From: a virus
Lineage: Duplodnaviria; Caudoviricetes
IMG/VR virus record: IMGVR_UViG_3300033513_000008
Coordinates: 1-55,892 of that record
Direction: 5' to 3' (one strand)
DNA: 55,892 bases
In this document: piece after piece, positions 46,445-54,777 of the stretch
Layout of the letters: each line of letters opens with the position of its first letter
Numbering within the stretch: the stretch's first letter is position 1
Program-made: the position numbers and the translations under genes
Notes under the pieces: generated by a model
What the model saw: the letters and a program-made list of their open reading frames with translations, nothing else
What the model was told of the DNA's origin: nothing
The model's database searches: none

Positions 46445-46644
46445 TGCTCCTACCTCTGAACGACCGCATCTACCAATGCTTCCGCGATCTCGCAACCATC
46501 ATGGACGGCAAGAGAAGCATCGCCAGTATCAGCGCCGAGTGCTGCGAACTCTGCCAAGAGGTAGCAAACTTGGAGAAGCAACTCGTACAGGCGAACGAAA
46601 CGATTCACTACCTACAGGAGAAAGCGAATGTCATTACCCACTGA
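46444..46644 (+). CDS. hypothetical coiled-coil protein
   Basis: TAATG coupling. Confidence 0.55.
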   Translation: MLLPLNDRIYQCFRDLATIMDGKRSIASISAECCELCQEVANLEKQLVQANETIHYLQEKANVITH

Positions 46645-46933
46645 CGCAGCCGCCCGCAAGGCGATCCCCATCGCCACCGGCTGCATCGACTACTTCCCCG
46701 ATGCGCTCGCTGCTGTGGCCGAATGCTCGAAGGTTGGCAACGATCAACACAACCCCGGCCAGCCGTTACATTGGGCCAAGGACAAGAGCACCGACGAGGC
46801 CGACGCCCTGATGCGGCACTTCGTTGAGCGTGGCCGGACGGACAAGGACGGCATACGCCATAGTGCCAAGGTCGCATGGCGCGCGCTGGCGATGCTGCAA
46901 CGGGAGATCGACGCCGAGAAGACGTTCTCCTAG
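46628..46933 (+). CDS. dATP/dGTP diphosphohydrolase-like (DUF5664-type) protein
   Basis: RKAIP...YFPDALAAVA..S..GN.QH....HW....DALMRH...DGIRHSAKVAWRALA. Confidence 0.8.
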   Translation: MSLPTDAAARKAIPIATGCIDYFPDALAAVAECSKVGNDQHNPGQPLHWAKDKSTDEADALMRHFVERGRTDKDGIRHSAKVAWRALAMLQREIDAEKTFS

Positions 46934-46940
46934 CCCAACC

Positions 46941-46967
46941 AGCCCCCGCAAGGGGGCTTTCGCTTTT
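46941..46967 (+). terminator. intrinsic terminator
   Basis: AGCCCCC-GCAA-GGGGGCT followed by TTCGCTTTT. Confidence 0.85.
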
Positions 46968-47018
46968 AAGGCGATAGCTGTATGCTTCCCGTGCTATTAC
47001 CCCATCTAGGTGCCCCCC

Positions 47019-50000
47019 ATGAAAAACTGGCTGATAGGTCTAGTCTGTTTCCTCGTCTCCACCATCGCGTCAGCAGCCTGCACCAGCGGGCAAACCTGTA
47101 GCGCCGTCGCCACCTACGAGAACGTCGGCCTGTATTACACGCCGGGATCGAACCCCGGCGCTGCCGGATGCCCCGTGCAGTACAAGAAGACCAGCGACAC
47201 GATCTGGAAGGACGCGCTGCCGATGTGGTACGACTCGCGCAACAGCGAGTGCCGGGGCAGTGTAGTGCAACTTACCTCGGGAACGTCGTATGACTTTCGT
47301 ATGGGGGTTACAGCCGGCTCTTGGCCTGCCGCCATCACCGTCAGCACATGGACGGATACGCCAACCATCGCCAGCACGACCACCATTACTGACCGGACGA
47401 CCACCCTGAATATCACGTCCGGTGGCTCCGCAGGTACCGGGTACGCACTCTACCAAGGGCCGGCAACCATCAACGTCAATAACGCGGCGCAGTATGACAT
47501 CAACGTGTCCGCGTCCTACGTCATCATCCGGGGCCTGACGCTCAAGGGTGCCACGATCCACGCCATCAACCTGCAAGATGGCGTACATGATGTCATCATC
47601 GAAGGCAACGACATCAGCGGATGGGGGCGCCCCGCCAGCGATCCGGTGTATAACGACCCCTACGTACCCACGGCGTCGGTTGGCTACGGCCGATCAGTCG
47701 GATACACAGTCGGATGGGAAATGGATTCCGGCGTGTATATGCGTTGCACCAGCACCACCGCGTCGAACAAGATCGTTGTCCAGCGCAATCTATTCCACGA
47801 CCCCCGCTATGGATCGAACTCATGGACGGACGGCCACCCCAACGGGCCGCAGGCTGTAACCCTCTACACTTGCGGGGGCAACAACGTCTATCGCTACAAC
47901 AAGATCATCCCGACCACTTCATCGAGCGCGAGCGCAGCCTACGGCCACTGGTACAACGACCCGCTGGGCGGCGCGTACAACAACGCCACGGCCGGGTGGC
48001 CGAACTTTGACTCCGATGTCTATGGCAATTGGATAGAAGGCGCGATGGACGACTGCATCGAAGCGGACGGCGGCAACAAGAACGTCCGCATCTATGGCAA
48101 CTACTGCAACAACTCGGGCACGGGCGTGTCCGTGTCGGGAACGAACGTCGGCCCCGTCTATATCTTCCGCAATGTCTATAACCGGAACTTCTACCAAGAG
48201 GCCCTTGCCCCTGACTCAAGCGAGCGGCAGGAGTATGCCAAGGCTGGCATCTATGGTTCGGCCGGCAACGGGCGCCGCTACATTTTCCATAACACCACCC
48301 TGCAAGCGACGGCCACCGACTACGCCTACCCCACCAACCCGGCGCACACATACCCGCTTGGTACGGCGCAGGGTATCGCCCGTGTGTCCAGTGGTCTGAT
48401 CGAGAACACGGTATCCCGAAACAATATCTGGCACGGCTACCGGGGCACCAGCAACTCAGTGTTCTACGGCACCGACGCCGCGACTTGCGACTTCGACTAC
48501 GACCTCTACAGCGGCAACCAGACCGTCACCGGGCAGGAGACGCACGGGGTCGCGGGCACGCCGATCTACGCCGCCAGCAACGGATGGGTCAGTGAGGCGG
48601 GCGGACAGTACCAGCTTGCTACGACCAGCCCCGGTTACAATGTCGGTGTCGTGATCCCCAACTTCAACGATGGGTACCTCGGCACAGCCCCCGACATGGG
48701 TGCCGCTGAAACTGGCTCCGCATATATGCAATTTGGGGTCAATGCGTACCTTACTCAACCCGACCCTCCACCCCCGCCTCCGCTCGAAGTGTCGCCGGAA
48801 GGCACGGCTGTTCCTCCCGCCACACAGATCATCGACGCGAACCTAGCCACTTGGACTGTCACGGCTGGGCAAGTCTATAAGGACTCGGTATTGGCCGGGA
48901 CGACATCAAACGTCGCCTTGCTCTACTACCACAGTTCAGTGGTCTATTACAAGAACAGTTCCAATGCGTGGTTCTCGTGGTCCGGTACCGCTTGGGTATC
49001 CGCTTCCGATCCGAACCCGCCGCCGCCCACCACGTCCGCCGAAGGCACCAGCATTCCGAATGCCACGGAGATCGTCGATACCAACCACGACATTTGGACG
49101 GTATCTGCTGGTGTCGTCTATAAGAACGGCGCTGCTGCCGGCACCACGTCGGCTACGATCCTGCTCTATTGGCACAACAGCCTCGTCTTCCGTGAGAACA
49201 GTTCGAGTTCATGGTGGTATTGGAACACCAGCACATCGACATGGGCGCCGACGACTAGCCCGCTGCCTACACCACTGATCGAATCGACGGAGGGTACCGC
49301 CGTGCCCCCCAGCACGAGCATCGTCGATGCCAACCTCGCCGTGTGGGCCGTCAGTGCCGGTGTCGTGTATAAGGACAACATCGCCGCAGGCGCTACGTCC
49401 AACGTCTCACTGCTCTACTACCACAACCACACGGTATATTACGAGAATAGCTCGAACTCGTGGTGGTATTGGAGCGGCGCAACATGGACATCCACTACCG
49501 ATCCGATCCCCGCTCCCCCGCCGACGACCTCGCCTGATCCCACCGCCTCGCCGCCCGACACGCAGATCGTCGATACCAACGGGGATATTTGGACGCTCTC
49601 GGCTGGGGTGGTCTATAAGAACAGCGTGGCCGCTGGCTTCACGTCCGGTGTCGTGCTGATCTACTGGCACTTGGGCACGATCTACCAAGAGAACGCCGCT
49701 GCTGCATGGTGGTCGTGGAACGGGGCCGATTGGATCGACGCCACTAGCCCATTGCCCCCGCCACCCCCACCCCCGGCTGCATCGCCCAACGACACGGCGT
49801 TGCCCCCCGTCACATCCATCGTGGATTCGAGTGGCAACACTTGGACGGTGGTGGCCGGTCAGGTCTATATGAACGGCTCGACAGCGGGCGTCACGGCCAA
49901 CGTCATCTTGCTCTATTGGCACGACGGCGTCATCTATCAAGAGAACGCTTCGGCTGAGTGGTGGTCATGGTCCGGTACCGATTGGGTCACGGCTACCAGC

Positions 50001-51764
50001 CCGATTCCGCCGACGACCTCCCCCAACCAGTCCGCGATCCCGCCGAACACCTATCTTGTCGATGCGAACCATGACATTTGGACGCTATCGGCTGGTGCGG
50101 TCTATAAGAACGGGGTAGCCGCTGGCTACACGGCCGGCGTGATCGCCGTCTATTACACCAGCAGCACGATCTACCAAGAGAACGATCAGAACTTGTGGTG
50201 GTCGTGGTCGGGCACCGATTGGGTCGATGCTACCAACCCGGTACCGCCCGTCGCGCCGCCCGAGGTCTCGGCCAATGACGCCAAGATACCGCCGCTGACG
50301 CAGATCGTGGATAACAACCGGGATGTCTGGACGCGCCAATACTACGCGGTCTATAAGAACGGCCTACCCGCCGCCTACTCGTCCGACGTGGCGGAAATCC
50401 TGTGGCATAACGGTTTCATCTACTACACCAACAGCAGCGCCTCTTGGTGGTATTGGAGCGGTACCGCTTGGGTCACGGCCACCAACCCGATCCCGAACGA
50501 TCCGCCGCCCCCGCCCGCCTATACCCCGTCGCCTGCCGGCACGACGATCCCGCCGTCCGCTTCCATCATCGACACGGCCGGCAACGTCTGGACGGTATCG
50601 TCAGGCGCGATCTACAAGAACGGGATCGCTGCCGGGTACAGTGCGAACGCTACCGTCGTCTATTGGGATGCCTCAACGCTCTACTATGAGAACAACATAG
50701 GCGGGTGGTACGTCTGGAATGGCACGGCATGGACGACTTCCACCAGCCCGATCCCGTTGTCCGCTTCCGCCGATGGCACGAGCATCCCGTCCGCCACTGA
50801 GATAATCGACACGTTCGGGAATATCTGGATGGTGGTCGGGGGCGCGGCCTACAAGAACGGCGCCCCAGCCGGCAGCACGCCCAACCTGACGCAACTCTAC
50901 TACCACAATTCGACCGTCTATTTCGAGGACAGCGACAGTGCGTGGAAGTATTGGAACGGCACGGCATGGGTGCTGACGACCAGCCCGATCCCGGTGGCCC
51001 CTTCCACATCAGCCGACGATACCGCCGTCCCTCCCAGCGCGAACATCGTGGATGGTGGCTCGAACGTCTGGACGCTCGTTGCCGGGGTGGTCTATAAGAA
51101 CGGAGTGCAGGCGGGGTATTCCGCGAACGTCGTCCAACTCTACTGGAAGACGAACGTGGTCTATCACAAGACGAGTACGGGCGTATGGCGGTCTTGGAAC
51201 GGCTCGACTTGGGTTACCGCGACCGATCCCACGACGCCACCGCTACCGCCCGCCGCAACCGTGGGCACGCCGCGTCGCCCTGTTGTTTCTGCCACCTTCA
51301 CCGGCTACGCTGTGCCTGTGCCGGCCGTAATCGAGGCCGAGAGCTTCAACAACGGCGGGGAGGGGGTAGGGTACCACGACACCACGGCAACGAACACAGG
51401 CGGCGCCTACCGCACGAGCGAGGGGGTGGATATCATCAAGTCGTGTGACCAAGCGGGGGGCAAGTACGTCGTCAATAACTTCCGCTCGGGCGAATGGATG
51501 AACTACTCCATCATCATATCCACCGCCGCGTCGTACAGCATCGAGGTCAAGGCGTCCAACAAGAGCAACACGCCGACGTTCCACATCGACGTTGATGGTG
51601 TCGATGCAACCGGCGCGATCAGCGTGCCCGATACAGGCAACTGGTGCCGGTTCTCGTGGGTCGGCAAGCACGGCCTCAACCTGACAACCGGCTCACACGT
51701 CTTGACCATTCACTCGGATGCCGATACCTTCAACCTGAATCAAATCCGAGTCACCCAGCCGTAG
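47019..51764 (+). CDS. large secreted-type protein: signal peptide, right-handed beta-helix, ten ~80-aa Trp-rich repeats, C-terminal CBM6/35-like module
   Basis: MKNWLIGLVCFLVSTIASA; IIEGNDI/VQRNLF/DDCIEADG/IFRNV beta-helix strands; IEAESFNNGGEGVGYHDTT...GEWMNY. Confidence 0.85.
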   Translation: MKNWLIGLVCFLVSTIASAACTSGQTCSAVATYENVGLYYTPGSNPGAAGCPVQYKKTSDTIWKDALPMWYDSRNSECRGSVVQLTSGTSYDFRMGVTAGSWPAAITVSTWTDTPTIASTTTITDRTTTLNITSGGSAGTGYALYQGPATINVNNAAQYDINVSASYVIIRGLTLKGATIHAINLQDGVHDVIIEGNDISGWGRPASDPVYNDPYVPTASVGYGRSVGYTVGWEMDSGVYMRCTSTTASNKIVVQRNLFHDPRYGSNSWTDGHPNGPQAVTLYTCGGNNVYRYNKIIPTTSSSASAAYGHWYNDPLGGAYNNATAGWPNFDSDVYGNWIEGAMDDCIEADGGNKNVRIYGNYCNNSGTGVSVSGTNVGPVYIFRNVYNRNFYQEALAPDSSERQEYAKAGIYGSAGNGRRYIFHNTTLQATATDYAYPTNPAHTYPLGTAQGIARVSSGLIENTVSRNNIWHGYRGTSNSVFYGTDAATCDFDYDLYSGNQTVTGQETHGVAGTPIYAASNGWVSEAGGQYQLATTSPGYNVGVVIPNFNDGYLGTAPDMGAAETGSAYMQFGVNAYLTQPDPPPPPPLEVSPEGTAVPPATQIIDANLATWTVTAGQVYKDSVLAGTTSNVALLYYHSSVVYYKNSSNAWFSWSGTAWVSASDPNPPPPTTSAEGTSIPNATEIVDTNHDIWTVSAGVVYKNGAAAGTTSATILLYWHNSLVFRENSSSSWWYWNTSTSTWAPTTSPLPTPLIESTEGTAVPPSTSIVDANLAVWAVSAGVVYKDNIAAGATSNVSLLYYHNHTVYYENSSNSWWYWSGATWTSTTDPIPAPPPTTSPDPTASPPDTQIVDTNGDIWTLSAGVVYKNSVAAGFTSGVVLIYWHLGTIYQENAAAAWWSWNGADWIDATSPLPPPPPPPAASPNDTALPPVTSIVDSSGNTWTVVAGQVYMNGSTAGVTANVILLYWHDGVIYQENASAEWWSWSGTDWVTATSPIPPTTSPNQSAIPPNTYLVDANHDIWTLSAGAVYKNGVAAGYTAGVIAVYYTSSTIYQENDQNLWWSWSGTDWVDATNPVPPVAPPEVSANDAKIPPLTQIVDNNRDVWTRQYYAVYKNGLPAAYSSDVAEILWHNGFIYYTNSSASWWYWSGTAWVTATNPIPNDPPPPPAYTPSPAGTTIPPSASIIDTAGNVWTVSSGAIYKNGIAAGYSANATVVYWDASTLYYENNIGGWYVWNGTAWTTSTSPIPLSASADGTSIPSATEIIDTFGNIWMVVGGAAYKNGAPAGSTPNLTQLYYHNSTVYFEDSDSAWKYWNGTAWVLTTSPIPVAPSTSADDTAVPPSANIVDGGSNVWTLVAGVVYKNGVQAGYSANVVQLYWKTNVVYHKTSTGVWRSWNGSTWVTATDPTTPPLPPAATVGTPRRPVVSATFTGYAVPVPAVIEAESFNNGGEGVGYHDTTATNTGGAYRTSEGVDIIKSCDQAGGKYVVNNFRSGEWMNYSIIISTAASYSIEVKASNKSNTPTFHIDVDGVDATGAISVPDTGNWCRFSWVGKHGLNLTTGSHVLTIHSDADTFNLNQIRVTQP
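48792..51230 (+). repeat. ten tandem ~80-aa domains separated by Pro-rich linkers
   Basis: Consensus SxxGTxxPPxxxIVDxxxxxWTVxAGxVYKNGxxAGxTxNVxxLYWHxxxxYxxNxxxxWWxWxGTxWVxxTxP, counted 10 times. Confidence 0.9.
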
Positions 51765-51797
51765 CCCTGAAATTAGTATAGGGCAACTCCACCAACG

Positions 51798-51826
51798 AAA
51801 AGCCCCCGAAAGGGGGCTTCATTTTT
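51798..51826. terminator. bidirectional terminator between convergent units
   Basis: AAAAGCCCCC-GAAA-GGGGGCTTCATTTTT. Confidence 0.85.
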
Positions 51827-51836
51827 GGGTACGATC

Positions 51837-51917
51837 CTACCCAAATTGGGTACGGAGCTTACGCCACATCCGGCGCCATAGCTTGCGCCATAGCTTGCGC
51901 TTTCGCTTGAGGGTCAT
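51837..51917 (-). CDS. 26-aa Arg/Lys/Trp-rich peptide
   Basis: MTLKRKRKLWRKLWRRMWRKLRTQFG*; AGGAGGA RBS immediately after the previous stop; ends just before the terminator. Confidence 0.55.
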   Translation of the reverse strand: MTLKRKRKLWRKLWRRMWRKLRTQFG

Positions 51918-51925
51918 GATTCCTC

Positions 51926-52216
51926 CTACGCCGGTAGCAGCGCCTTGCGGATGCGCCGCAGGTTGTCTTTGCGGGCCACTTCAAGCTCAATGATGCGGCG
52001 CTCGATGGTGGCCGGGTTGAATAGGGCGTGACAGCGCTTATACATGGCCCTCCGTGCTATCTCCGCAGCGGCTCCCATGCGCTGCCCTTCGCCGGCCGCT
52101 AGGATCATATCCAGCATCAAGAGGCTATGGAGGTAGTATTCTTCCTCCGCGCGCCCTCGGAAGTATTCGATGATGTCCTGCGACCGACGTTCAGCTAGGG
52201 ATGGTTTGCCGTCCAT
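51926..52216 (-). CDS. hypothetical early protein
   Basis: ORF in a tightly packed operon. Confidence 0.65.
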   Translation of the reverse strand: MDGKPSLAERRSQDIIEYFRGRAEEEYYLHSLLMLDMILAAGEGQRMGAAAEIARRAMYKRCHALFNPATIERRIIELEVARKDNLRRIRKALLPA

Positions 52217-52219
52217 GGC

Positions 52220-52402
52220 CTACTCCCTCGAAAAATCCATGATGGTATCGCGCACGATGTCCGCTACCGTGCGCGAGTGATTGAAGTCGGCGCATCGCTT
52301 CTGCGCGGCTTCTAGCGTCAAGCCGCCACGATCCCGGACCCGCGTACCGAATTTGGTACGGGTAAAGGTGTAGTATTGTTGGCCGTCCTTCTTGTCTTTC
52401 AT
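52220..52402 (-). CDS. hypothetical early protein
   Basis: ATGA coupling. Confidence 0.65.
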   Translation of the reverse strand: MKDKKDGQQYYTFTRTKFGTRVRDRGGLTLEAAQKRCADFNHSRTVADIVRDTIMDFSRE

Positions 52403-52665
52403 GGCAACACCCTCTCAAGTTGCTGGATTGCGAACTCAGACATAAGCCGGTCTTCGGACTGCATGCCGATATGAGCAACGGCATCCAACAGAATGCGTCG
52501 CTCGTCCCGCAACCGCTTCAGCACGCGCACAGCGGCGCGAATGATTGGTTCATCACAGACGGCGCACTCATTCATACCCTCGCCGTGCTCATGCGGGCCT
52601 TCGATCTCGTTGATCGCCGTGCGCAGTTCTTCGATGTGTCTTGTCTGTATGCTTTTGGCAAACAT
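52399..52665 (-). CDS. hypothetical early protein
   Basis: ORF in operon. Confidence 0.65.
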   Translation of the reverse strand: MFAKSIQTRHIEELRTAINEIEGPHEHGEGMNECAVCDEPIIRAAVRVLKRLRDERRILLDAVAHIGMQSEDRLMSEFAIQQLERVLP

Positions 52666-52667
52666 GA

Positions 52668-52907
52668 TCAGGCCCCCACGGAAATGACGTTCAGATTCTC
52701 GTCCAGCGACAGCACGATGTCGGGGTACTTCTCGTCGATGATGTCGCCGGGCTTCGGGAAGTACAACGATGCGCCGATGCGCTGGCGCCCGTACTTGGCG
52801 AGCGGCACGGCGACGCGCTCATATGCAGCCGTTGCTTGCTTGACGCTGGGGTGTTGCAGGGCGTAGCTGATATCGTCGTCGCCCAACCTTAGATAGACTC
52901 TTGCCAT
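52668..52907 (-). CDS. hypothetical early protein
   Basis: AGGAG RBS. Confidence 0.7.
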   Translation of the reverse strand: MARVYLRLGDDDISYALQHPSVKQATAAYERVAVPLAKYGRQRIGASLYFPKPGDIIDEKYPDIVLSLDENLNVISVGA

Positions 52908-52909
52908 GA

Positions 52910-53185
52910 TTAATCTCCTATCGCTTCATACTGCGGGATCATCCAGTCGATCCATGCCAGCCGGTACTTCTTCGCCATCGCGTCTGTGGCGAATTCCAGC
53001 CGCCAGACATCGAAATGATGGCGGTGCAGCCAAACTATCACAGACTCGCCCTTGCATACCTTGTTGATCCGTGCGGCTACTAACGTACCGTGCCCTCCCA
53101 CGACACCTAGCGCGATGCACAGGTAGCGCCGCTTCCCCGACTCGATCAGGCGCCGAGACAACCGTAATGCTTCCGAGCTTTTCAT
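52910..53185 (-). CDS. hypothetical early protein (YLCIAL...RLAWIDWMI)
   Basis: AGGAGG RBS. Confidence 0.7.
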   Translation of the reverse strand: MKSSEALRLSRRLIESGKRRYLCIALGVVGGHGTLVAARINKVCKGESVIVWLHRHHFDVWRLEFATDAMAKKYRLAWIDWMIPQYEAIGD

Positions 53186-53193
53186 GATGCCTC

Positions 53194-53430
53194 CTACAGA
53201 TTATGCAGATTGAGAAGGAACGACTGAGGCCTGAACTGGAACTTCTGCCCGCCCAGCCATTCCTTGATATGCCGCTCCGTCATCAGGCTGAAATTCTTTT
53301 CAGTCCTGAAGGCGCCCTTGTTCGGTATGGTTGCAGCTACTGGCGTCTCATAGCTTACCAGCATAACCGTGCCATTATCGAAATAGACGAGCGACTGATT
53401 GTGCCCGCCCGAATATACCTTCGCGCCCAT
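53194..53430 (-). CDS. hypothetical early protein (LVSYETPVAA...FS.MTERHI)
   Basis: Internal ATG with GGAG RBS. Confidence 0.7.
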   Translation of the reverse strand: MGAKVYSGGHNQSLVYFDNGTVMLVSYETPVAATIPNKGAFRTEKNFSLMTERHIKEWLGGQKFQFRPQSFLLNLHNL

Positions 53431-53432
53431 TT

Positions 53433-53744
53433 CTATCTCCGGTTGATATAGACGGGTTCTTTGGATGGGTCCAACTCTTCGCCGGCTTCGTGCATGACGC
53501 GCCGGAATTCGTCCCAAGTGCTTAGGGCTTCTGGCACGGGTTCAACGGCCCCGACGATGTGTTCGCTGACCCATGCAGGGTAGCAGTCCAGTTTATACCA
53601 GTTCCCCAAGCGGGATTCCCTACGACGCAGGACAAAGCCAACACCGTTGTTGTCCGCGCGCCCGAACTTGTCATGCAACCTACGCCAGTCGTCTAGCGTA
53701 GCGGCCATCTTTACCCGCTGCCCGATTTGATATTTGAATGTCAT
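53433..53744 (-). CDS. hypothetical early protein (FKYQIGQRV)
   Basis: AGGAG RBS. Confidence 0.65.
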   Translation of the reverse strand: MTFKYQIGQRVKMAATLDDWRRLHDKFGRADNNGVGFVLRRRESRLGNWYKLDCYPAWVSEHIVGAVEPVPEALSTWDEFRRVMHEAGEELDPSKEPVYINRR

Positions 53745-53752
53745 GACAGCTC

Positions 53753-54142
53753 CTACTCGAATTCAACCTTCAGATACAGCCCGCAGTTTTGCAGCAGCGT
53801 CCAATCGCCATCCGGCTTGAACGGGGTCAAGCTGATGCTCTTGATCGCCTTCGTCTCGTCGATACCTACACGAACGTGCAGCATGCCGGCGTGCGTCAGG
53901 ACAACCTTCTGCGCGAACCGCACGCCGTATTCTAGCGCAGAGAATGCGGACATGTTGCTGACGAAGTAGGAATGTTCCAGCGTTCCTTCGAAGCAATCCA
54001 GCACCGGCTGCGCAGCGTAGCCATCCCGTTCGAGCGCGCTGCGCAGGTACTCCGTCGCCTTCTGATTCGCATACTGCGAATTCCCCGCGACCTCTGCGCT
54101 AATCAGCGCCCAATGGTCGGGCATAGTCATATCGAGTCTCAT
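53753..54142 (-). CDS. SAM lyase (T3 SAMase)-like protein
   Basis: ALISA...N...L..AL...DCFEG.LEHSY.V...A...G.RFAQ..VL...GML pattern recalls phage SAM lyases; by-eye match only. Confidence 0.6.
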   Translation of the reverse strand: MRLDMTMPDHWALISAEVAGNSQYANQKATEYLRSALERDGYAAQPVLDCFEGTLEHSYFVSNMSAFSALEYGVRFAQKVVLTHAGMLHVRVGIDETKAIKSISLTPFKPDGDWTLLQNCGLYLKVEFE

Positions 54143-54654
54143 GATTGTCTCCGGTTGATGGTCGGAACGTCATTCCAATCCGCCTGTCGTTTCAGGTTAT
54201 AGACTGTGACCTTGCCACTGCGGGGAAGGTCCCAATCTTTGTAGCCGTAGGCAGAATGCAAATATTCAATGATACCGACGCAGATAGGGGGCGTGCCTCT
54301 ATTCACACACTCTGCGTACTCCGCTATCTCGTTGTCGATCCGTTCGACGGTCGCGCCGCTGTCGATGAAGTCGTCAAGGATGATGTAACGGGTGACAAGG
54401 ATATGCGGCCCCTCGATCCTTAAACCGTGCGTGCTGTCGCCTTGCTTACGCAGAGTGACCAGCGGTATATCCGCGAACATGGCCGCAGCGAAGCCCATGG
54501 CGATGCCGCTCTTACCCGTCACAACCACGGCATCGGCGCCAGTCTTGTCTATCAGCCGCGCCAGCTTGCGGGCCACTGCGCGCGCTACCTTCTTCAACTC
54601 GGGCCGATACAGAACGCGGTTATAACCCGCCGAGTCTGCGCATAGCATTGTCAT
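54139..54654 (-). CDS. type I phosphoribosyltransferase
   Basis: PRPP-binding loop YIILDDFIDSGATV; VVVTGKSG; LVTLRK. Confidence 0.85.
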   Translation of the reverse strand: MTMLCADSAGYNRVLYRPELKKVARAVARKLARLIDKTGADAVVVTGKSGIAMGFAAAMFADIPLVTLRKQGDSTHGLRIEGPHILVTRYIILDDFIDSGATVERIDNEIAEYAECVNRGTPPICVGIIEYLHSAYGYKDWDLPRSGKVTVYNLKRQADWNDVPTINRRQS

Positions 54655-54660
54655 GTCCTC

Positions 54661-54777
54661 CTAACTCATGAATACGACGGCTATCAGCACGAACAGCAGC
54701 GTCAGGTACAGCGCGCCGAAGGCGACAACTGCGAAGAATGCGCCTTCGTCGTTCAGTTGCTCAGTCTTGCGTGTCAT
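54661..54777 (-). CDS. 38-aa single-TM peptide
   Basis: MTRKTEQLNDEGAFFAVVAFGALYLTLLFVLIAVVFMS*; ATGA coupling. Confidence 0.55.
   Translation of the reverse strand: MTRKTEQLNDEGAFFAVVAFGALYLTLLFVLIAVVFMS

Noticed and set aside
46628-46933. Z-genome or 7-deazaguanine DNA modification
   Set aside because: No PurZ or preQ0-pathway genes were recognised.
54139-54654. NAD reconstitution pathway (NARP)
   Set aside because: It is a single-domain type I PRTase; no NAMPT-like, PRPP-synthetase-like or NMNAT partner was seen.
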